DNA of 20,000 nucleotides from Lophium mytilinum. Taxonomy: Eukaryota. Of the stretch, positions 11,915-20,000 are shown in pieces. Location of the stretch: positions 435,915-455,914 of the forward strand of contig MU004194.1 of assembly GCA_010093605.1 (NCBI GenBank). Direction: 5' to 3'. Position numbers and translations under genes: made by a program. The notes below the pieces were generated by a model. The model saw nothing but the letters and a program-made list of their open reading frames with translations, was not told the origin of the DNA and made no database searches. Numbering within the stretch: position 1 is the first letter of the stretch; each line of letters opens with the position of its first letter.

Positions 11915-12905
11915 ATAGCTAATATAGGCGCTAGCTCCGCTAGAGCTAGTAGTTATAAACCTAATTATTAATAGTCTCTTCTTATAGATAATAATAATAA
12001 TAGTATAGTCTTTACTATTAACCGCGCTAGGGACGGCTAGTCTATTAATATTACTATTAATAATATAGAAGAGCTCTATAATATAGCTTAAGATAAATAT
12101 ATTAGTATTTATACTATACTACTTAACTATTATAAGAAACTAGGTAAGTTATATAAAGATATTAGAAATATAGTAGTAGCTATTTAATAGAAAGATAATA
12201 AAATTATATAGCTTTAAAAATAATAAGGCGCGTAGAATAGTATTATAATTTATAACCTTAAAGACTAAGCTAGTAAGCTCCGCTACTAAGTAGCTAAAAT
12301 ATATACTAATACTAAGAACTTTACTAATAAACGCGATAGTCTTACTAAGTAGCTAGAAGATAAGCGTAAGAAGACTAATACTTAGACTATTCTTAATACT
12401 AAGCTTTATATTAAGGTTAAAGGCCTTACTACTAAAGTAGTAAAGATTACCTTTTACTATAATTAATACTAATAGTAGTATAATATCTTCTATACTTAAG
12501 GTATAAAGTATAAGAAGAAGTATTAGTAAGCTATATAATAATAGCCTAAAGCGCGCTCTTAATAAGATAATACTACTAACTAAGGTAACTATAGCTATAT
12601 CTCTAATAAAGGCAATAATAACTCTTCTAACTATAGTTATTTTATCTAACCTAACTTTTTATATAATCTAAACGCCTAACTTACTACTAGCCTCTACTAG
12701 CCCTATACTAAATTCCGCGACCTTTAAAAGTTTAAAGAATATAATAATATATCTAAGTATAAATTATAGAAAGCTTATATCTATACTATCTTCTAGAATA
12801 AACTTTAAGACTTCTATAATAAGTAAGCTAAGCTTAAGTATATTAAATTATACTATATTAAATACGCTAAAAGCATTATATATAGCTATACTTAATAGAA
12901 CTACC
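11915..12905 (+). pseudogene. gag: RIP-degraded gag of an outer Ty3/Gypsy-like element, interrupted at 12905 by the nested insertion
   Basis: The frame from 12710 de-RIPs to KFRDPQKFEGHDDVSEYESWKAHVRTVFRNKPQDFHDEQAKLEYIKSR, resembling the fungal Gypsy Gag K.PDP..F.G...W....F..E..K..Y..SR pattern. The same frame extends back through a coiled-coil-like stretch to a candidate ATG>ATA at 11915. Confidence 0.6.
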
Positions 12906-13378
12906 TATAATAGGTTATTTCTTCTATACTCTTTAAATACTTATATAAGGTGGAGTATAGTTTAAGTCTTTATAGGGGTGCAATATTATTTAGAATAAAA
13001 GGTAAATTAATCTTAGGTATAAGATAGGGTTACTTATTAGTAGATATAAGTTACTAATATTAAGTTAAATATAAGGTTTCTATCTATAAGAATAAATATA
13101 CTTAAATATAAAAGATAACTTTTAAGAAATCTATAGATTATATAGATTATCTTAATCCCCTTAATTTAGATCTTTCTAGATTATTATAATCCTTCTAATC
13201 TATTATATAACCTTCTATCTTATAACCTTATAGCTAGGTAGGGAAATCTAGCACGCTAAGGCGTTAAATTCTTATACTTCTAGGTCCCGTATATAGATTA
13301 TATATAACTAATTTAATTTACTTACTTACTTTCTTAAATACCTTAGTAATTAAGTCCTTAGTATTATAGATTATAATA
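12906..13378 (-). repeat. 3' LTR (~473 bp) of the inner chromovirus
   Basis: 12906-13223 aligns without gaps to 19683-20000, with 15 differences in 318 bp by manual count, all transitions. The right boundary is inferred from TATAATA at 13372-13378 abutting the PPT. Confidence 0.88.
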
Positions 13379-13393
13379 CTTACTTCTCCCTCT
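13379..13393 (-). other. Polypurine tract (PPT)
   Basis: The minus strand reads AGAGGGAGAAGTAAG immediately before the 3' LTR start. Confidence 0.75.
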
Positions 13394-13495
13394 AAGGCTT
13401 TTAGCCTAAAAGTTACTCTATAGTAGAATCTTAGATAAATAGCTAGTAATCTTCTAACTACTTAAATATTATTATACTCTTTTATTTCTTCTACT

Positions 13496-14111
13496 ATATC
13501 TAATAAGGTTAAATAATACTTTATACTTAGTACCTATATTACTCTTTCTAGTATCTCTATAGTTTCTTATTTCTTCTACTAGAAGTAGTTCTTAGACTAT
13601 AAAGTACTTTTCTTAGCCTTAGATTACTATAGGGAGTATATTTATTATAGGTATATAAAATATAATACTAGTAGAGTTACTATAGTAGATTATAGGTAGC
13701 TTTTCTTTCTAATTACCTTCTAACTTACTTCTCTTAGTTACCCGTATTAATTAGACTTGCGTAAAGCTTTATACTAAGAAGTCTACTACTTAGAAAGCTA
13801 TAAGAGCGGTAATTATAAAGATAGAGCGCCTAGAAAAGTAGAAGAATCTACTTAAGTATTATAAAGTAAATATACTTTAATATAGCTTCTATACTCTTAA
13901 GAAGTTAAAAGAAAAGAATTATAAAGAGGCTAAGTAGAGAGAATAAGAGTATATTAAAAGGGAAGCCCTACCTTCTATTAGTATATCTATCTCTATTAAG
14001 TTACCTAGTTTAATAGATTCTACTTAGTTAGCTAATATAATATTACTATTATTCTAAGTTATTCTAGATTCTAGTAATAGAACTATATTACTATCTAGTA
14101 GTACTTTTTAA
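13496..14111 (+). pseudogene. RIP-degraded antisense accessory gene of the retrotransposon: Zn(II)2Cys6-like cluster plus coiled coil, two exons (13496 or 13466 to 13691; 13738-14111), ~190-200 aa
   Basis: Six TAY codons (from TGY) at 13568, 13577, 13598, 13628, 13637 and 13661 give CX2CX6CX9CX2CX7C. A 46-nt intron has (G>A)TAGGT...CTAAC...TAG. Exon 2 de-RIPs to FARIDRARAKLRAEK...AKIERLEKQKNLLKRREADMLRRGFRTLEELEEED. Confidence 0.7.
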
Positions 14112-17100
14112 GGTAGCTTTCTAGTTTCTATATATTTTCTAAAGTATTATATCCTTTCTACTTAATTAGGTACTCTATTTACTAACCTTATATTCTTAAG
14201 TCTAGAATCTTATTAACCTTATATTTATTATTATTATTAACCTTAATATTATTCTCTAGCTTAGCGTTCCAGGGTGCTAGTTCTAATAATAAGACGTAAA
14301 ATACTAGGTATATCTTTATTTTAGGTAGTAGCCTAAGCTTATAATTTACTAGGCTAATAACATCTTAGATTTTAAATAGTCTAATTTTAACATAGTTAAG
14401 TTTTCTACTTAGTTATTTTATCTTAATATTTTTTTAGAGTAGGTATACTCTATCCCCCCTTTTAAAAGTAGAAGTAATACGCCTATATTAGTTATAATAC
14501 TATACTAACCTTTATACTAGAAATTAGATATCTATTAATAGCTATTTTTACAGTTCTTTAATATTTTTAATAGAAAGTAATACCCTCTAGGCCTTTATAT
14601 TACTAATTTATAGTTCTTAATATACCTCTAGCTTAAAACTATAGTTTATATAAAAGGGTAATACCTTTATTATCTCTATAGATGCGCTATTATAAGTAAA
14701 CTAGGCTATTAGTAATAGTAATACCTAATTATCTTATTTATAGTTAATATAGTATTATAGATATTATTCTAAAGTCTAATTAAGCCTTTCTATCTATCTA
14801 TCTATTTGCGGGTAGAATACTATAGAGAGCTTATACTTTATTTCTAGTTATATAATAAGAATCTACTAGAATTTTAATATAAAGAGCTTATCTTAGTCTA
14901 AAATAACTTCTATAGGTAGCCTATAGTTACTAATAACTACTTATAGAAATATATAGGCTAGATCTTCTACTATTAATAATTTCTAATAAGGTATAAAGTA
15001 TATATATTTAGTTAATTAGTCTATAATTACTAATATAGTGTTATACTTTATACCTATTATAGGTTCTATAGACTATAGTAGCTTAACTATAAAGTTCTAT
15101 ACTATAGATTTCTATACTTTCTTAGGTATTAGTAGACTTCTTAGTAGTCTATATAGTATATATTATACTAACTTATTTTTTATGCACTTATATTTTATAA
15201 TAATTCTCTCTACTACTTAGTATATATCTAGAAAGTAGAAGGTTCTAGATAGTTATTTAACTATTTTATTAATTTCTTAGTATCTATGCGCTAGTGCGCT
15301 ATAAAAGTCTCTTATAAGCTTATCTTATAGAATTATAGGTATAAGTACTTATTCTTAGAATAGTAGTAGCTCTAACTATTTCTAAGTATCTTAGGTTTCT
15401 TGCAATTATTAACTTGCTAGGTTATTAGCTTATATTTCCTTAATTCTTCTTTTCTACTCTATATTCTTAGCTTAGTATGCTACCGCTAGCTATATATAGT
15501 TAAATTTAAGAGTTCTAGAACTAATTTCCTATAGTATTATTAGTACTTAACTATAGTTTTTTACTATATAGTCCGGCCTTCTACTTAGTGCGTCTATATG
15601 GGTATTCTTAGATCCTTTTTAATATATAATCTTAAAGTTAAAAGATTCTAGTTTCTCTAACTATTTAATCTATTATTAGTTTAACTTCTTAGTTATTATA
15701 AAGTAGGTTAGGTTCTTATAATCTATATATACCTATACTATATATAAGGCTTCTTTAAGATAAACTCTCTATTATTTAAACGCCTCTACTATAGCTAGCA
15801 GTTTCTTATTATAGACGTTATAGTTTAGCTTAGCTAGGCTTAGCTTTTTAGAATAGAATACTATAGGGTGCATCTTTCCTTATTTATCTAGCTAGTTAAG
15901 TATAGCTTTTAATGCTTTATCTAATATATTACTTTTAATAGTTATTAGTTTTTATAGATTAAAGATTGCTAATACTAGTCTTAAAGTAAACTATACTTTT
16001 AAGTTATTAAATGCAACCTAGGCGTTTAAGGTCTATTAATACTCTATATCCTTTTATATAAGTCTAGTAAGTAGTTCTATAATCTTTAAGTATCCCTTAA
16101 TAAATTATTAATAGTAGTTTACTAAACCTAGAAAGAACTATAACTTCTTTAAGTTCTTAGGTTCTAGCTATTCTATAATAGATATAACTTTAGCTTTCTC
16201 TATCTTAATTCTGCCTGGACTAATAATATATTCTAGAAATCTAACTCTTTATATATAGAACTTATATTTCTCTAGCTTAACTATAAGATTATATTCTTTA
16301 AGTTTCCCTAGTACTTTCTTAATATGCTCTTTATATTCTTCTTTATTCTCTAAGTAGATTAGAATATTATTAAGATATACTACTATAAACTAGTCTAGGT
16401 ATCTCTATAGAGCTATATTTACTACTACCTAAAATATAGCTAGCGCGTTTATAAGACTAAATAGTATAACTATATACTTAAAGTATCTATATTAGGTTCT
16501 AAAGGCTATTTTCTATTCTTCTTCTTTCTTTATTCTTATAAGGTAGTAGCCCTCTTAAAGGTCTAGCTTTATAAAGTATTTTACCTTATATAAATAGTCC
16601 TTTAGTTTTAAGATTAAGGGTAAAAGGTAATAGTTTTTAATAGTAATACTATTAAGCTATCTATAGTCTATATAGAGGCGCATTTTACTATCTTTCTTTA
16701 GAATAAATATTACTAAATAACCTGCAGGTAATTCTAATAGTTAGATAAATCCTTACTTTAGATTCTTATCTAGATATTTCTTAAGTATTACTAGTTTATT
16801 CTAGAATAGTAAATAGATTAGTCTAAACTTAGGTTATTTACCTAGTTCTAGAGGTATCTAGTAATTCTAAGATTAGTACTTTAGTAATACATTCTAAACT
16901 TTTTTCTAGAAGATTTCTCTAAATTCTTTATATACTCTTAGTATATCTAGTACTCTAGCTACCTTAGCTAGCTACTAGTTATTAAGATTTATAGGTTAGT
17001 ACTAGAATTAGCCTACTATTTATTCTTTTCTTTAGGCCCTCTATACGCCTCTTAAGGATATTATATTAATCTCTAATTTTTACTTAGGCTTATTCTAGCG

Positions 17101-17658
17101 CGGGGTGCCTTTTAGTCTGCTTTCTAGTTAGAATTATATTTTATTAAATTTCTAATTAACTTAGGGGTTATACTATCTTAGCTAAGGTATTTCTAAGATT
17201 ATATTATATCTTGCTATATTTATAATATCTATACTAATAGTTTCTCTATATTTATTAATCTATATAACTTCTAGTTAAGTTTCTATAGTTACGCGTCTAC
17301 TACTATACTTTACTAGGCTTCTATCTACTAAATATAATCTATAGGGTTTATCTTTTAATTACTATAGAATTTAGTTTTCTTTAATAAAGGTATAGAATAT
17401 ATAATTTCTCTAAGTACTACTATCTAGTAGTACTCTTATAGGTTTTCTACTAATTATTACTCTAATAATTATATATTAGTTATTAGAAATAGGTAAAAAG
17501 TTAGGCTTTATTACTAGATTCTTCTTCCCCTTTACTTACTTTAGTTCTATTTCTACTATAGTAGTAATAGTTGCTAATAACTCTCTATAGGTTGTCTCTA
17601 AGAACCTTTTATTTAGCTACTCTAGCTATCCTTTAGTATAAGCGCCTACTTATTTTTT
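13980..17658 (-). pseudogene. pol: RIP-degraded pol: aspartic protease, reverse transcriptase, RNase H, integrase, chromodomain; 3' end approximate
   Basis: All motifs lie in one frame. De-RIPed: LLDSGA (DSG 17424-17416), ILGIPWL (~17180-17200), RLCVDYRQLN (~16650-16680), [26 protein letters not shown] (~16441-16518), YLDD now YLNN (16377-16366), ESDASD and NYDVHDKELLAIVEA (~15781-15940), ADALSRRPDY (~15570-15597), HGHQGIDKT (~15260-15290), WDFVVKLP, ISDRDKLF, AFHPQTDGQTERLNQTLEQY (14761-14820), GPF, IHPVFHVSLLEP (~14280-14315), chromodomain [32 protein letters not shown] (~14105-14225). Confidence 0.95.
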
Positions 17659-19634
17659 AACTATTTATAAGGCTAATAGTTTATGTATTTCTTTTTATAA
17701 TATATAAGATAAGAGTTCTAGTAGTAGATTCTTTAGTCTTATTCTTTTCTATAGTCTATAGAGTACTATAGATCTAGTATAAATATTACTATTTCTATTT
17801 CTTTATTCTTTTTTTCTATAATATAGTATTTAGCCTCTCTTACTAATACTAGATAGGTAATAATATAGAATCTTATTTAGTATAGATACTACTTATAGCT
17901 CTTTTTATAGAATAGGTACTTTTAATACTAGTCCTCTATATAAAATAGCTAGAATATCTATCTATAAAGTAAATAGTTATAGTTTAGCCTAGAGTCTTTC
18001 TAGCTATATATACTCTTTTCCCTAATAGATTATATACTTCTATAGATTTAGATGCTAGTACTATATCTATATAGTTTTAGTAGTTCTCTAGCAGGTACTA
18101 GGCTAATTTCTCTATTACTAGTTTATTCTAAATTCTCTTATTCTTTCTTACTAGAGGGTTCTTACTCTAGGTTAAAAGTTCTAGATATATAGTAGTTACT
18201 TATAACTATTCTAAGTAGAGTTTATTCTCTATATTCTAGTTATAGTAAGAAGTACTATTATATAACCTTATTAATAGCCTATTATATCTCTAGGGATTCT
18301 AGTTTTATACTACTAGTAGAGTCTATCTTCTATTCTATCTTAACTCTAGTTACTTATTTAAGTAGTAAGCTAATTATCTTATATAATTCTTCTATTTCTA
18401 GATAATTAACTTCTATTTTATTATACTCTATATTAGCATAGTAGTTATTAAGGTAGTTATTCTTATTAATATACTCTTTATTAGTTATTATAGCTATAGT
18501 ATATATTTCCTTAGATTTATATAAGTAGTAGCCTAATCCCTACTTATTAAATTAGTAGGTAAAATAGTTATTATTATAGCACGCAGTCTATAATATAGCC
18601 TTATAGCTAACTTTAGGCATCTTTATTATTACTACTGCTATTTAGTTATTATTACTCTTAGGGCACTTATTTATAAAGTATTCCATCTTTCTATATTATA
18701 GGTACGCGCCCTTCTTATATTATTTCTATTTTTCTTTATCTAATAGTAGTTAGTACTTATATTTCTTATATTATTTAGTATAGTCTAGTTCTATTAGTTT
18801 TCTAAAGTAGTATATAACTATTTCTCTCTTATATACTAGTGCGTAGAGGTATAGGCTTTTATAGTTAGTTTTCTCTATACACCTTTTATATTATTAATTA
18901 TTAATATAGATTACTATCTTCTAGAGTCTATAGACTATTACTAGTCTATTACTTCTAGTAATTTTATTCTTAATATCTTCTTTAAGACTTCTATAGTACT
19001 ATACTACTAGAGCTTTATCTCTCTATACTAGCTTTAAGGATATCTATATAAACTTTAAGGTATAGTAGCTAGCTAAGCTGCGCTATTTTAGGTTCTTAAT
19101 TTATTATTCTATAGTTTAGATTTTATTAATATCTCTAAAGGTAGTTTAGAGCGCTATTTTAAAGTTTTAGTAGTTACTAAATATATTATTAGTCTCTATT
19201 TTTCTTTTTACTAGTTTAGTAGTATAAAGCTAGTCTATAAGTACTAGGTTAAACTAGTTAAATGCTTCTTTCTTAAGGAAGATTACTACTATATAGACCT
19301 TATCTAACTTAAATATAAGGTTATTACTATTATTAAGTAGGTATAGCTTTATCTATATTAAGAAGGCTTATAGAGTTTCTCTATTACCTAAGAACTTCTT
19401 AGGTTTCTTTATCTTATATCCTTTATAGCTACTAGTTACCTTACTAGTTATAACCTCCTCTTAAATAGCCTAGAGGTAGCCCTAGAGAGCTAGAATCTTC
19501 TTATTTTTAGTCTTATTCTAGAGTTCTAACTATTAGACCTAAGTAAGTAGCGTTTATATTTATTCTACTATATTAGCTATTATTAGTATAGGGCCTTAGG
19601 TAGTACTTCTTTAAGGGGTTTATAGTAGTACTAT
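17646..19634 (-). pseudogene. gag: RIP-degraded gag (~660 aa) with capsid region, CCHC zinc knuckle and long C-terminal extension; start approximate
   Basis: De-RIPed motifs in one frame: KKPEEFSGDR (~19380-19410), FGDIDEVRTAERQIKNLKQRGSA..YASEF (~19050-19140), YYGGLKEDVKDEI (~18960-18998), GEPMELD (~18783-18803), CLRCGKMGHF.NECP (18704-18663). Stop TAG at 17648-17646. Confidence 0.88.
17652..17658 (-). other. Putative -1 ribosomal frameshift slippery site A AAA AAC (now A AAA AAT) at the gag/pol junction
   Basis: The minus strand reads tta aaa aat aag tag, which de-RIPs to TCA AAA AAC GAG TAG (SKNE*) in the gag frame. The pol frame is exactly -1 relative to gag. Confidence 0.7.
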
Positions 19635-19672
19635 CTTAATTAGGTATTTATATATAATCCTCTAATATAGTA

Positions 19673-19682
19673 GTATTTAAAG
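19673..19682 (-). other. Primer-binding-site position, complementary to a 10-mer inside the adjacent LTR
   Basis: The minus strand reads CTTTAAATAC directly after the 5' LTR end. It is an inverted repeat of 19708-19717 (one transition) and a perfect inverted repeat of the other LTR copy at 12931-12940. Confidence 0.55.
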
Positions 19683-20000
19683 TATAATAGGTTATTTTTT
19701 CTATACTCTTTAAGTACTTATATAAGGCGGAGTATAGTTTAAGTCTTTATAGAGGTGTAATATTATTTAAAATAGAAGGTAAATTAATCTTAGGTATAAG
19801 ATGGGGTTACTTATTAGTAGGTATAAGTTACTAATATTAAGTTAAATATAAGGTTTCTATCTATAAGAATAAGTATACTTAAATATAAAAGATAACTTCT
19901 AAGAAATCTATAGATTATATAGATTATCTTAATCCCCTTAATCTAGATCCTTCTAGATTATTATAATTCTTCTAATCTATTATATAACTTTCTATCTTAT
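19683..20000 (-). repeat. 5' LTR of the inner chromovirus (truncated by the window edge)
   Basis: Direct repeat of 12906-13223. Confidence 0.92.

Larger units (their letters stand above)
10110..20000. other. AT-rich RIP-mutated repeat island
   Basis: Abrupt compositional switch near 10100-10140. TpA is in strong excess, CpA/TpG and CpG are strongly depleted, there are essentially no ORFs, and retroelement motifs become readable after reversing transitions. Confidence 0.95.
12906..20000 (-). mobile_element. Chromoviral Ty3/Gypsy LTR retrotransposon, RIP-inactivated; ~7.25 kb, predicted to end ~155 bp beyond the window
   Basis: Direct repeats 6777 bp apart, a PPT, a PBS-like site, gag with a CCHC knuckle, and pol in the order PR-RT-RNaseH-IN-chromodomain. 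Confidence 0.95.

Noticed and set aside
11990..14240. Short (AAT)n/(TTA)n runs, e.g. ~11990-12001 and ~14226-14238
   Set aside because: They are best explained as RIPed poly-Asp codons (GAT/GAC>AAT), not independent microsatellites or array repeats.
15038..15220. 60-aa hydrophobic ORF in the AT-rich island
   Set aside because: It is antisense to the RIPed integrase; the Tyr/Ile/Leu/Phe richness is a by-product of RIP.
10110..20000. Mitochondrial insertion, contamination or an alternative genetic code as the cause of AT richness and in-frame stops
   Set aside because: Stops fall where Trp, Gln or Arg are expected, and other residues change as transitions predict (D>N, G>R/S, H>Y, P>L). This is RIP of retroelements, not recoding.

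Overview
Filamentous ascomycete (Pezizomycotina) genomic DNA in two sharply different compartments. Positions 1-~10110 are GC-balanced and genic. They hold ~2.3 kb with no convincing CDS, a two-exon IML1/DEPDC5 (SEACIT/GATOR1) gene on the minus strand (2329-8168), and a secreted GDSL/SGNH-fold gene (8872-9822, minus) whose three catalytic-triad positions are all substituted. Positions ~10110-20000 are an AT-rich island saturated by repeat-induced point mutation (RIP). Reversing C>T/G>A changes by eye resolves a near-complete minus-strand chromoviral Ty3/Gypsy retrotransposon: LTRs at 12906-13378 and 19683->20000, gag, a -1 frameshift site, and PR-RT-RH-IN-chromodomain. It is nested in the gag gene of a second, plus-strand Gypsy-like element. 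The most notable observation is a third gene in the inner element: an antisense, intron-containing relic with Zn(II)2Cys6 spacing followed by a coiled coil (~13496-14111). All de-RIPed translations are manual reconstructions, not database matches.
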